From Eledone cirrhosa (Eukaryota): a stretch of DNA of 64,000 nt. The notes beneath the pieces were generated by a model that was not told the DNA's origin, did no database searches, and saw only the letters and a program-made list of their open reading frames with translations. Positions within the stretch are counted from its first letter, which is position 1; each line of letters starts with the position of its first letter. Shown here piece by piece: positions 41,345 through 55,645 of this stretch. The DNA is taken from NCBI GenBank assembly GCA_964016885.1, contig OZ024742.1, positions 136,400,001-136,464,000 on the forward strand, given 5' to 3'. The position numbers and the translations under genes were made by a program.

Positions 41345-42414
41345 ATGTAGTGGGATCACAGGTAAGCTAACTAAGAACATAGATTTTACATGTGGCCGGT
41401 GTTCTGGAGCAATAAGTAGCAGCAAGTGCCCACAAAATACTAGCTCTTTCAATTGCGCAGAGGGTTCTATAGAAATAGTGGACAGCTTCCGTTACCTGGG
41501 CGATAAAATCAGCAGTGGGGGAGGGTGCTCTGAAAGTACTGTAGCTAGAGTCAGAACTGGTTAGAAAAAGTTCAGAGAGCTTATACCACTATTAGCTGCT
41601 AAAGGGTTCTCCCTAAAAATGAAAGGCAGGTTGTACGATGCCTGCATACGAACAGCAATGTTGCATGGCAGTGAGACCTGGGCATTGTGTGCAGAGGATA
41701 TACGCAGACTAGAGAGGAACGAAGCTTGCATGCTCCGCTGGATGTGTAACAGTAATATACGTGAACGGCAAAGCATAAACGAACTAAGGAAAAAATTAGA
41801 GATAAGAGGGATCAGATGTTTACTCGAGAGAAGGCTACGTTGGTATGGACACGTGATGCGCATGAAAGTCGATAGCTGTATAACAAAGTGCAGGGCAATA
41901 AAGATAGACGGTAGCCACGGAATAGGCAGACCTAGAAAAATCTGGGACGAGCTGATAAACTCCGACCTCACACACTTACACCTCTCCAAGACAATGTCAC
42001 TGGACCGAGACCTTTGGCGGTACTCAGTAACAGAGAAGACCCGCCTTGCCAGTAGGCATCTCTAACAAAATACACCCCGTCCCGCCACCACCCCCACCCA
42101 TCCACACCACCCCGTCCTATGTAAAGTTATGTTGGTGCCGCGCCATCCAGGCCGAAACAAATGAGATCGTGTAGGTGTCACGACAAAAAAACACACAGTC
42201 CACGCTGTAATGTGGCCGTGTAGGCAACACGGTAAAAACCTCCCAGACCCACACTGTAAATGTGGTTGGTGTTAGGAAGGGCATCCAACTCTAGAAAACC
42301 TGCCAGACAGTCCTATGCGAGCAAGACAATCACTCTTGCCTCAAGTGGGACTACCCCCGTCCAAACCCATGCAAGCGTGGAACACGGACGTTAAACGTTG
42401 ATGATGATGATGAT
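41345..42414 (+). mobile_element. 5'-truncated RTE LINE (third subfamily)
   Basis: CSGITGKL..IVDSFRYLGD, LYDACIRTAMLHGSETW, RLRWYGHVMRM and GRPRKIW; (GAT)n tail. Confidence 0.9.
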
Positions 42415-42510
42415 ATATATATACACATACATATGTACATACATACACACATACATGAAGATCTACACATTTTTAATGTTATTTCTGTTCTCTATTATGT
42501 ATTATTGTCA

Positions 42511-42712
42511 TAGGGCGGTGAATCGGCGGTATCAGTAGAGGGTTGGATGCCATGCTTTCTAGCATAGAGTTACGTCCCTTTACGTTCTGGGTTCAAATCC
42601 CGCCGAGGTTAACTTTGCCCTTTGCCTTTCATCCTTACGGGGGTCGATAAAATAAAGTACCAGTAATATACTGGCTAATTTGCTGGCCTTGTGCCAAAAG
42701 TAGAAACAGTTA
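42511..42712 (+). mobile_element. Meta-like SINE
   Basis: gggttcaaatcccgccgaggttaactttgcc...tttcatccttacgggggtcgataaaataaagtaccag. Confidence 0.8.
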
Positions 42713-42918
42713 TGTATTATTGTCATTCATTATAATATCATTATAATATCATTATAATATCAATCCAATTAATATTGAATGCGAGACTTTTGTAATTTAT
42801 GTGTGTTCATACAAGGAGAATATATATATATTTAGATATGTCTGCCTGAGTATTGAGATTGTTGTGAATATGCTATACACACACACATATATATATATAT
42901 ACATACATATATACATAC

Positions 42919-42952
<34 letters not shown>

Positions 42953-43069
42953 ATAAATATGTGTATATGTATATATGTATATGTATATATATATATATCT
43001 ATATAAATATATATATATATCCATATATACATACATATATATATATGTGTGTGTGTGTATAAATATGTG

Positions 43070-43103
<34 letters not shown>

Positions 43104-43349
43104 CGTTATTCCGGGTTGAATCGGAGGTAACCACAGTAAGTAATTAAATAGTATTAAAACTATATATATATATATGTATATAAATATATAGTATTAAATA
43201 GTATTAAAACTATATATATATATATGTATATAAATATATAGTATTAAATAGTATTAAAACTATATATATATATATATATGTATATAAATAAATAGTATTA
43301 AAACTATATATATATATATATATATGTATATAAATATATATATATATGC

Positions 43350-43380
<31 letters not shown>

Positions 43381-43575
43381 TACACATCTATATACATATA
43401 GATATGATTTATATGAATGAATAACATTGAAAGTACTTAAAATGTTCCTTATTATTTTATTTAACTCATCCTTTTGATTACTTTGTTTTGCATGTCAATT
43501 ATCTTAATCACTGATTATCTAAAGACCCCCTATATTTCTACACACACGTTTATATATATCTGCCATGCTTTTGTG

Positions 43576-43611
<36 letters not shown>

Positions 43612-43802
43612 GCCTATATATATATATATATATAGGCATTAAAGCAATTGAATGTATTATGTGTGTATATATATACATATGGTGTATTACAGTCTCATAA
43701 ATGAAATAATGGTTCATAAATTAGTGTCTGTGTGTGTGTGTGTATATATATATGTATATATACATCCATGGTAGCCTGGAAAATGGACATTAAGCGATGA
43801 TG

Positions 43803-43875
<73 letters not shown>

Positions 43876-44152
43876 TTTATATATATATATACTCACACAC
43901 AAATATATGAACTATTATTTCATTTCTAATACTGTAATTCAACATGACATTGATTGCCTGAAAAATGTTTATAGCAATGAATTAATTTTTCTTAGAAATG
44001 TTGATATGTTATTGTTATGCTGTGCTTTTTTTGTCCCACATGTTATATATATCTATTTTGATAGTCACTCTCAGATTCCACTCCAAAGTTTTCTTATGTT
44101 TCACATGCTTCCCTCACTTTTTATTGGTATATACACACACACATACCCATAT

Positions 44153-44213
<61 letters not shown>

Positions 44214-45300
44214 AATATATATATATATATATTTACATGATATATATATATATATCAACACATACATGCATGTGCATACACACCCATAGACATAAATGCT
44301 CCCTCAGACACACACACATACATTTCAAATACTTTTTTGTCCTTTTGAGTTGTTTTGTTAATCAACAATGTCCTACAGCCGAGCATATTTTTTCTTTCTC
44401 TCTTCCCTTTTCATTATTACATAATTATATATTCTCACTTCCAAGCAGTGTTTTTATGCAAACATGAACTCTCATAGGAAAAATATTTATTACTTTCCAT
44501 CTACATTAAATCTGAACCATTATTACCTAGAAACAATTATTACATGTTGGTTTCTTAATTTATCTTTAAAAACTCAGTCTTCTTTATTATCAAATCTCAC
44601 TCTTTATTTTTCTCTTCAAACTTATTCACCCATGTATATATATATATATATATTCATGATTTTCTTCATAGTGTTCTATATTTTCATTTCACATTTATCT
44701 TAATAAGTTAATGCTTTCTTCTATGACAACTGGTAGCAGTGACAAATTAGCTGTTTGGCTAAGGTGGTGAATATAACAATTTATTCTAGGTCGAACTTTT
44801 ATTGTTATATTGCCTAGGCTTTCACCTAAGTGTCAAGTAGAATATTTACCATAATCATCTGGGTATGTTGCCTCCCAGGAGAATATTTGGTTTTCCTTTG
44901 CCCAACTCCATGCTAAGAAGCAGCCCATAAATTGTCCTTGCCTCTTATAAGTTATATTATACAATGTGTCCAACTGTTGATATCAAGTTTATATCTGAAG
45001 AAACATAGCATTCAAGCTCAAGTTTTGGATTAATATTTACTTTCAAATCTTCTTAGTTTTTTCTTCAAACTCCAGAGTTTTTTTTTTTACTGCATTACAT
45101 AGATTTATACTAATTGAACTGATAATGGAAAACTGGATATTAAAAACGATGACAATATATTTTTACATAAATTTAAATAACACTCCTATTCTTATTTTCA
45201 TTCTGTTATCTATACAATTGCAGACTCAAGGCTATATTTTCAAGGGTTCTTCTACTGTTGTTGAGACTGATTTTTACTCATAAAAAGCTGGGTATAATTA

Positions 45301-45690
45301 CATGGCTTAGTGGTTAGAGCATTGGCCTTGCAATCGAAAGGTTGTGAGTTCAATTCTCAGACCGGGTGATGTGTTGTTTCCTTGAGCAAGACACTTTATT
45401 TCACATTGCTCCAGTTTACTCAGCTGTAAAAATGAGATGATAGGGACTGGGGTCCATATCATTCCACTGCAAAGTGGTCGTGGAGGTGCCACGGCAAAAA
45501 AGCATCCAGCCCACACTGTAAAGTAGATGTGTAGGCGCCACGGCAAAAAAGCACCCAGCACTCACTGTAAATGAGGTTGGTGTAAGGAAGGGCATCCGGC
45601 TATAGAAATAGAGCCAGAATCAGTTCCCGTCCCACCCTTGCAAGCAGGGAAAAGCGGACGTAAAATGAAATGATGATGATGAAATGATAC
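45301..45690 (+). mobile_element. Composite CORE-like SINE with an RTE-derived tail
   Basis: tRNA head tggcttagtggttagagc/gagttcaattc, CORE-like cttgagcaagacactttatttcacattgctccag, RTE 3' UTR segment, terminal ttgcaagcagggaaaagcggacgtaaaatga. Confidence 0.85.
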
Positions 45691-46039
45691 GACCAGAATC
45701 AAATCAGAGATTACATTTAATATCCTTTAACCTGTACACTATACAGAATAGTCAATAGTAGCTTTAAATTTGAGGTTAGGAACTTATTTAAAGTGGAATG
45801 TGATATAGTTCAGCACAAACATAAAATGGGATGCAGTATCTAGTTTCATTCCTCTGTGATGTTTTGCTCAAATTACTACAGTACTGGTATTGCATTTATT
45901 AATTTCACAGGCAATAAAATATGTACCACTAATAATATATTTATATTATAGTGCCTTTTTAATTGACTGAATCTCATATTGTAAAGCACCAAATTTCATG
46001 TAACATGATTTCAAATATTATGCATATCATATATACATA

Positions 46040-46091
<52 letters not shown>

Positions 46092-46112
46092 CATATATAT
46101 ATATAATATATA

Positions 46113-46152
46113 TATATAAGGAGAATGATAAAAAACAAGGGTTTGAGAAGCT

Positions 46153-46224
<72 letters not shown>

Positions 46225-46536
46225 TAACAGATTAAAGTTTAAGCAAAGAATCGAAGGGTCTTTATAACATGTACAAAAATTGATGGGAAAAACTGTTGTT
46301 TAGCAAAGTCTGCTTTCTCCGTATTGGATGGATTTTCAAAACATTTGTTATTAGGTTAAATTATATTTTCATGTATAACCTAATAACAAATGTTTTGATA
46401 ATTCAATACGGAATAAACAGGCTTTGCTAAATATCAATTTTCAACATCAATTTTCGTACATGTTATAAAGATCCTTTATCTATATACCAGCTGCACTTTT
46501 CAAGCCCCTTTTTTTAGAAATCATTTTCTTTATATA
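46113..46536. mobile_element. Foldback or MITE-like long imperfect inverted repeat
   Basis: Nested complementary blocks: caaaacatttgttattaggtta/taacctaataacaaatgttttg (22 bp perfect), ccgtattg/caatacgg, tttagcaaag/ctttgctaaa, tctttataacatgtac/gtacatgttataaaga, agctggtatata/tatataccagct. Confidence 0.75.
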
Positions 46537-47637
46537 ACATAATTTGTATAGAACATTTTCTAATGTCCACATTTTGTGTGCGTGTATACATATATATATT
46601 AATATATGAAATTATTTTTTCGTATATTCATATGTATATATATTCATTTTGATTTAATCTCTATAAGGATAGTTCTTCATGTGGATACATTCCATTATAT
46701 TTGCTCTAGTCCTTATGTATTCCAAATAGAGCTACTAATGTTACTTGGAATCTACTATCCACTACTGGCTCATAGAAACAGCTTGTGTTAATAATTTAGG
46801 AAATGACTTCAAGTGAAGTAAAATATATATGTACCAACAATTATTAACATTCCAACTATATAACAAAATTATTTTAGCTGCTACTTTAAAACAAAATATA
46901 TTATGAAAGTAAAAGAAAAACACAACCTCCTCTCAGGACTAGGATATCTAGTAATGTGTATGTTATAATGTGCTTTTAAGTATGATAATTAGCAGTCGAT
47001 ATTTTGTAAATAATGCTTTACTGTTTCTCACAGATGAAGCTTGGTATATATACTTATAGGTGCACATAGCACTTTCTCTATCCCTAACATTACCGTACTT
47101 CTGATGAAAGACACTGCCTATGATTTTCAAATGATTTTGAAAATAATAAAAAATATAAGTTGATATGACTTCCTTCCTAACTTGGTGTTTGGAACATAAT
47201 AAAGTTTCTTTAGAAAGATGAAAATTAGTTAAAATTAATAGATGTCTCTATATTATTCACTACACCACTTCATTTCCCTTGTTTATTTTATATGTACACC
47301 TACTTAGTAACCTGTCTTTTAGTGTGCTAGTCTGTTTATATCCTGTTCTACCCTGACTTTTTTGTCTGAATCTCACCTTTGCTGTTATTAGCAAACCTCA
47401 CCTCTCAGTTTTCTTTTACATTATGAACCCTCTCCTTACTACCGACTATTTAGAACCAGTTTTATACATATACCACCTTTTTATTTTCTTGGTCCAAGTA
47501 CTTTGTTCACTTTCTCTTGCACTTTCTTTCTCTGTAAATCTGTTATCTATTGCTCTTTCTTTCAATTTCCTCTTTCTGGCTCTGTGGCCCACCCTTCCCC
47601 CCTCTTTCGGTTGTTGTCATTGTTGTTGTTGTTGCAG

Positions 47638-47852
47638 ACACACTTACACGTTCCCCCAGTTTGCTGCCACAGCGACAACAGTGACAACATACCCTCCAGC
47701 ACCTCAGGACTATACAGTATGTTATTCCAAATTTAGCAACGCCAGCCATCGGGTTAAGAAACAGTTAAAGCAACGCTGCAGTTGGAAGTGTATGGCCTTG
47801 CTCCTGCTTATCATCTCGGTCGCTTTACTTGCCTGTGTAGCCTATTTTGCAG
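47638..47852 (+). CDS. TENM: Teneurin exon encoding the juxtamembrane region and type II transmembrane helix
   Basis: ttgcag| acceptor and GCAG|gtatgt donor; RHTYTFPQ...QRCSWKCMALLLLIISVALLACVAYFA; CSWKC plus a hydrophobic helix ending in YF.A is the teneurin TM signature; phase 2 to 1. Confidence 0.9.
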
Positions 47853-48859
47853 GTATGTATCCAAAATATATCTTACTTTACATTTTCTACCCACATGTAT
47901 TATATTGTTTTTCTTTTATAGTGTGTTTGCTAACAATATTTTCATAACGACTTTTCTCTCATCTAAGACATTTAAACTTGTCAGTGTAAACTAAGAAAAC
48001 ACTCACTACAGTACTTATTCCTATTTCCATAGAGCTTTGTACTTGTGAATGAATTCTACTTACTTATGATAGCTATTTGTAACAATTTAAACTGAACTAA
48101 TGGGAGTTTGTTATCCTGGCCTTCAATGTCTCAGAGCATCAGTGATGTAATATGAACCATTGCCCCAAAAGTTGACAGTATGACTGCCAGGATTCATGTA
48201 GATGTTTCTCTACAGGAAGAAAAATGCAAAAACAAACAAACATACAAACATGGTTGATTAGTTATTGGCTGTTTATCTTGAAGTCAAGAATAGAGAACAC
48301 AATTGTTCAACTAAAATATCTGACTCTGCATATCATACACCTTTCAACGTCAGAAGCTTGCTTACTAGTCAGCAATTCTATGACACATGGTTTTCTGTAT
48401 TTCATACTAAGATGATTTAACATAAAACTAATTATATAGTTTCTACATAGTAAATACTACATTATAGTAGAAAAATCAAATTTAACATAATGTACTTCAA
48501 ATCTGAGCCTGTCTGATATTTATTAATTAAATATTTATTGATTATTTTTTTCCATCTTTCAATTATTATTTGGTCTTTTTTAAAAATTTCTTTAGCATTT
48601 TTCCTTTAAAAATTACTAGTCATAGAAATCGTTAAAAATATTTGATGCTCTAGGAGAAAATTTCTTTCTAAATAATAGTAGTGGTAATAATATTTATAAA
48701 AGAAATAATAAAAAGCATATTATGTGCTTCATTGCTAAATGTTTTCATTTTAGATACTATTCTTTGGAATTTTTCTGGGAATTTTTTTGCGTTGTTGCCC
48801 TTTTTTAAAGATTTTATCTTCAAAGATGTTGTTGCTATCTCACTTTTTATAGTTAATGA

Positions 48860-48887
48860 TGTATATAATTACATATATATATATGTG

Positions 48888-48918
<31 letters not shown>

Positions 48919-48933
48919 ATATATATAATATAG

Positions 48934-48967
<34 letters not shown>

Positions 48968-49343
48968 TATATATATATATATATATATAGTATATATATA
49001 TATATATATAGTATATATATATATATAGTATATATGTATATATATATATATGTATAGTATATGTATATATATATATATAGTATATATGTATATATATATA
49101 TGTATAGTATATGTATATATATATATAATATATATGTATAGTATATGTATATATATATGTATAGTATATGTATATATATATATGTATAGTATATGTATAT
49201 ATGTATATATATATATAGTATATATGTATATATATATATGTATATATGTATATATATATATGTATATATGTATAGTATATGTGTATATATGTATAGTATA
49301 TGTGTATATATATATATGTATATATATGTATATATATGTATAG

Positions 49344-49378
<35 letters not shown>

Positions 49379-49446
49379 GTATATATATGTATATATGTAT
49401 AGTATATGTATATATATATATATATATGTATATATATGTATATATG

Positions 49447-49477
<31 letters not shown>

Positions 49478-50075
49478 GTATATATGTATAGTATATGTAT
49501 ATATATATAGTATATATGTATATATATATATATGTATATATATATATGTATATATATATATGTATATATATATATGTATATATATGTATGTATATATATA
49601 TAGTATATATGTATATATATATAGTATATATGTATATATATATGTATATATATGTATATATATATATATAGTATATATGTATATATATATATATATATAG
49701 TATATATGTATATATATATGTATAGTATATATGTATATATATATATATATATATATAGTATATATAAATATGTATATATATATATATATATATAGTATAT
49801 ATATATAAATATATATGTATATATATATGTATATATATATAGTATATATATATGTATATATATATGTATATATGTATAGTATATATATATGTATATATAT
49901 ATGTATATATATATGTATATATATATAGTATATATGTATAGTATATATATATGTATATATATATGTATATATATATGTATATATATATAGTATATATATA
50001 TGTATATATATATGTATATATATATATATACTTAGTATATATATATGTATATATATATATTTATATATATATATG

Positions 50076-50106
<31 letters not shown>

Positions 50107-50155
50107 GTATATATATATAGTACATATATATGTATATATATATAGTACATATATA

Positions 50156-50187
<32 letters not shown>

Positions 50188-50204
50188 TATATCATATGTA
50201 TATG

Positions 50205-50238
<34 letters not shown>

Positions 50239-50240
50239 TG
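48860..50240. repeat. Compound (TA)n/(TAG)/(TATG) microsatellite
   Basis: Directly visible. Confidence 0.95.
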
Positions 50241-53200
50241 AAATGATAGTGCATCAGCATGGCTGCAGCCCATGGCTAGAAAATGTAAAAGAATAAAGAC
50301 TTATATATAGTATATATATTATATTTTATATCATATGTATATGTATTATATGTATATATATAACGAGTGATGTTGAAGTTGAAGTATTCATCAGATATAA
50401 TATTGAGATGATTGTTATATATTCTTTGAATATGAGGCAAAAATGAGTTGCTTATCTATGTATCATCCAATATATTATATAGGAATTGAAATGCTATTGA
50501 GATGAAATGAAATTTTGAAATATTATCATTATCTAAGTTTCAATGTCTGTCATATAGAAAATGTGGTGTTAGGAACATTTGATATTAGTATTTAAAAAAA
50601 GAATGAAAAATATTTCTAATTTTCAGACATTATAAAAGATAAATTGTATCATTTGTTTAAAATCATTTCTTGTTATCTCCTGTCCTTCATTTAATTTACT
50701 CCAATAGTAGCCATTCTATATAGTACTATTACTAATTTTAAGTCTACTCTTGCATAATAGTTAGTGAGCTTGTCTTTAAGTGAATTATAGGCAGCTGTCT
50801 CATTCTGCTTTCTTTTCATCATCTCATGTCCATTAATTACAATCAAAATTTCATCAGATTCTTCTACAAAATGTTAGCTTATTTGTCTGTATCAATGTGA
50901 ATTGAAGACAATAGGATTCTTGAAACTTCCTGTACAATCTAATGTCACCAGCTCATTTTAGAAGATTTGAATGTGATGAGAGCTGATGCAAATTGTAAGC
51001 AATTTAATACTGCATTATATTCATTAACATATCTGCCTTCATTATAAATTGGTTCTTATTACATATGGCATCATAATAGTGCATATAATTTCATCAGGGG
51101 AAATTAAATAAGACAATAGAGTAATCAACTGATTGGTGCAAGGGGGCTGTTTTGTTTGGGGTTTAATCTGTTTTATGTATTTCAATTACAATCATGAGTT
51201 TGGATGTATGGATGGCTGCCTGCTTCATTAGCACATTCATTTTTACAGCTGGATGCCCTTCCTAGCAATAACAACTATGATGTTTGTGTAGCTATCTGCT
51301 ACATTCAGTCTGTCAAAAACTGAAGGAAACAGTATATACACAAAATAAATGATTTACAGTATTTTATGCATCACTCTTTTACAGTTTGGTTGTCATTTTT
51401 GTACCTATTCTTTCTAATATATATTTATATAGCTAAGTGATATGTCTAATTATGGTGGAGTTTCACCTGTGTATTTACAGGTTCATTAGACAAGACACTG
51501 CTTATATATATATTACCCATACTAACATAGAAAAATGGACATTAAATGGTGATGATATATATATATATATATATGTATATGAGATGGCGGATTGGCAGAG
51601 TCACTTGAATGTCGGATAGAATGCTTTATGGTACTCATTTTGGCTCTCTGCTTTCAGAGTTCAAATTCCGTTGAGGTCAACTTTGCCTTTCATCTTTTCA
51701 ATGTTGAGAAAAAAGTACCTGTCAAGTACTGGAGTGGATTCTTCCTCTATATCGCTTTCTCACTTCCATTCTCTCACTCTCTCTATTCTGCTCATGGAAT
51801 TGATTTACAAGTGGATGATCATTTAAGAGACTCATGTACACTTAATATAGTTCTCAGGAAGATTCAACATGACACTTTGTGTTACAAGGCTGGTTCTTTA
51901 AATCAGAAATATAATTAGTTTTTGCCAGCTGAGTTGATTGGAGCAATGTTAAATGAAATACCTTGCTCAAGAACAGAACCTGCTGCTGGGAATAGAACTC
52001 GTGTCCATTTCATCGTGTATCAAACCCACTAACTGTTAAGTGACAATAACATCAAGGCTAAATAGTTTATTTGTAAGAATAATTGGTTTTACACTAGAGT
52101 ATTAGGTGCTAGAAACAGTTGGGCATAAATATAAAGGCTCCTTGGATACAGTTGCCAAGGGAGAGTGGATAATAACTCTACTATAATCGAGTATATTACT
52201 GATAATTCATTTATATATTGTGGAGGTATAGAAATCAAAGTCACCTAAGACAGGTTTGCAATGTAATTTATCATTGTACTTAGCCATGATTTTACATATA
52301 TTGCATTATTTATTTTTTTATATTACATAACACTGTTGGGGAATAAATAAACAATGTATTCTACAGTTATAATTTTTTTTACATTAAATTTGCATCGAAT
52401 TCTTAAATTTACCATATGTACTTGTTGACAATTTTTGCAACTATTTATATAGCTCGAAGAAACCTATGATGATTAGAGAAATAAATTTAGAAAAATACTT
52501 AACCAATAAAAACACCATTAAGTGCACAAAACTAATGTACATTAATATAATGTTTTTGACTTTCAAAATGCTACAGTATATTTACCATTTTTATTTAACC
52601 TATATAAAACGCTTGTCCATCCACTTTGACATTATTAGTGAATTCCTGGAGAATTATAGTTGACTTTTAGTTAGCTTTTCTTTCATTTGATTTTTTGTTA
52701 CTCTCTTATTTTTAGTTTGTCCTTTATACTCCAGCCAGCCACTACCTTTTTCTTCTATGGCCTCATATTGTTCGGATTATTATTGGTATTATCATCATCA
52801 TTATCATTACTTAAATTTCTAGTTGTCTGACGAATCTAATTAATCACCATTATTTGTCCTCTTTGTTACACTAATTTCATCTTGGGAGAGCCACATATGA
52901 CAGAAAATGATGAAAGAGCTTTGACAAGAAAAGAGAACTACATAGTAAAAAGATACATAGATAAGGAGAGAGAGAGAGAGAGAGGGGGGGGGGGAGCAAG
53001 GTAAATAGCAATCATTGCTGGTGGTGATGATAGCTGGTGGTGTGTGTGTGGCACTGTGAATATTCAGATCAAAGACATATTTTAAATTAATTCTTTTCCC
53101 TTAAGATTGTCAGCAAGGATGGCCTAGTTGAAGCTAGTTATCTGTTGCAGCAGTGTTAGTAGTAGTAGCAGCAGCAGGAGCAGCAGCATGATTTGTAGTA

Positions 53201-54124
53201 GTAGTAATAATAGCTGTTGTTGTTTTTCTCCCCTCATTGTTGCATTAGTATTTGGTAAAGATTCTCACCAGTGATTGATTGGCTTCATACTTCCTGTTGA
53301 CTCTCAAGCAAGCTATGCCAACTGTTTTGAAAAGAGAATATAAACTGCTGCTGCTACTGCTACTACTACTACTACTACTACTGCTAACAACAACAATGAA
53401 AATAAGAATATTCATTTTTTTATTGGCCTCAAGGGCATAAAGCATTGCAAACAAAATTGAAATACATAGTATAACACCACACAAAATTCAGTAGTGGTTT
53501 ATATTGTAGAAGGCAAGGGTGGATGGATTTTGCAATAACAACAAAAGTGGACTAATAATAATTGCTTTAACACACATATGTCCAAGGCCAGCAATATGAG
53601 GATATTTGTTAGTTGATTAAATCAACCCTAGTACTTGACTGTTGCTTTATGTTATTTGATCTCAGAATATAAAGTGTTAAAAAATGCTATAAGACATTTT
53701 GTCCAATGTTCCAATCAGTCCATAAGAAAAGAAATGTTCTAAGGCAACTTCAATGTGAACTCTAGTTGTTTAGATATTTAGTACAGATACAGACTTTTCT
53801 TTTGGAAAGGGCATAACTTGTCCTTTAAAATATACCATTTAAAAACATGATTGAAGGTGGGTTGGAGCAAGGTAGAGAATGAGAGTCTTGGACGAGTTAA
53901 AGAAAATGAACAAGTACCTGTTATATTGATTAGTATATGCACAGATATCAATATACACAGACAGTAGATATTACGTAAAATATTTGAAGTGGCAGACGAC
54001 TAGGTTAAGCCATGGTATGTCTGATAAATGGCTATGTATTGGAGAATTTAGATATGGCAAAATCTGAAATGTTGCTAATGTAGTCATAGAATTATTATTA
54101 TTATTAATTTTTTTTAGGGCCTTG

Positions 54125-54335
54125 GATTGTAGGGCAGTATCGGTAGAGGGTTGGATGCCATGCTTTGCAGCATAGAATTATGGCCCTTTATGATCTGAGT
54201 TCAAATCTTGCCAAAGTTAATTTTGCCTTTCATACTTATCGGGTCAATAAAATAAAGTACCAGTCCTGCACTGGGGTCGATTTAATCATCTTTCCCTCCC
54301 CCAAAATTGCTGGCCTTGTGCCGATATAAGAAACC
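54125..54335 (+). mobile_element. Meta-like SINE
   Basis: gagttcaaatc...ttgcctttcatac...gggtcaataaaataaagtaccag...aaattgctggccttgtgcc. Confidence 0.7.
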
Positions 54336-54465
54336 ATTATTATTAATTTTCTTCACTCATATTTTACTCCTTTGTTTCATGTTTTTTTTCTTTTTATTTG
54401 ATATTCTTAAAGTGTTAATGATGGTAGGCATGATCATCATATGATAGTCAAGCTATATTCTAGAT

Positions 54466-54799
54466 CAGAGGTGCTCAAACTTTTTGGGCCGCAAACCCCC
54501 ACGCAGCCACATAATACGCTCAATGCCCCAACCCTATTTCCTACATGCAGATTGTAAATATATAATAAATAAAATCGTTAATTATAATAAATGATATAAT
54601 ATATACTATGTATAAATAAATATTATATATTTTTTATTTTACTTTATTTATATATGATATGTATCATTTAATATTTAATATAATATTATATCATTTCTAC
54701 CCCCACCACCTTCCTAGGCCCCAGTGCTGCTTTGGTCCTTCTTTGGTAGCACCCACTTTGGTGGACCTGCTTTGGTAGCACCCACTTTGAGAATCTCTG
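54466..54799. mobile_element. Non-autonomous hAT (Charlie-like) MITE
   Basis: Imperfect TIRs CAGAGGTGCTCAAACT and ACTTTGAGAATCTCTG; perfect 8-bp TSD TTCTAGAT at 54458-54465 and 54800-54807. Confidence 0.88.
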
Positions 54800-55614
54800 T
54801 TCTAGATGGTAGATTCTTTCTTAGTTAAGATCACTGTAAACATAAGTATCTCTTTGTGACTGAATACTTAGAGAAGCTATTTTTACCTCAACATTCTTAA
54901 GCAGTAGGGCAGAATAAATCCACAGGCCTAAGAAATAATGGGTGTCTGTCTGTACCTTGTGTACTCCCAGCCACTTCAATAATTTAATTTCTGCCAACAA
55001 ATACTGGGTATAGTTCTTCAATTTTTCTTGTAACGTTTTTCTTGAGTAATTGTTATTTGAAACATGGACAGGCAAGATGAAACTAAATGAATGAAGAACG
55101 TTTGATGCTATGAGAACCAAACCATTATCATTTCTAGAGTCAATAATTGCAAATAATGGAACTATGGTTAAGTTGTAGCAGATGATCAATAGAATGATTG
55201 AAATGGTAGTGTATTAGAACAGATAACATGTGGCATTTAGAAATGTCCCTTTAATTTGTAAGATTAACTAATACTGAAGTTGACTTCACTTTTCATTATT
55301 GGTCTGGATTAAGTTAGTAGCAATCATGTACAGGAATTAATTCAATAAATTCTAAACCTTCCCTGGAATATCTGTATCAGAGTCACAAATCAATATAAAG
55401 TTTTTACAATGGTCCAACTTAGAACACAAGTTCCTATAAAAATTTACCATTTTGCTTGAATTAGATATGTATGGCGTGATTTAGTATGTTGGCATAAAGA
55501 CAAACATGTTACATAGAATTATAAAATTTTAAGTTAGCTGACAGTAGCCTTTTTACAATTATATCCTTGACATCATTTGTTTCTACTTGTCATTTATTCA
55601 TGCCTCATATGCCT

Positions 55615-55645
<31 letters not shown>

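Noticed and set aside
47097-47205. actt-CTGATGA-aagacac...gtgttt-GGAAC-ataata-aagt hammerhead-like arrangement
   Set aside because: Core GAAA and stem III are both defective; could be a decayed copy but cannot be told apart from chance.
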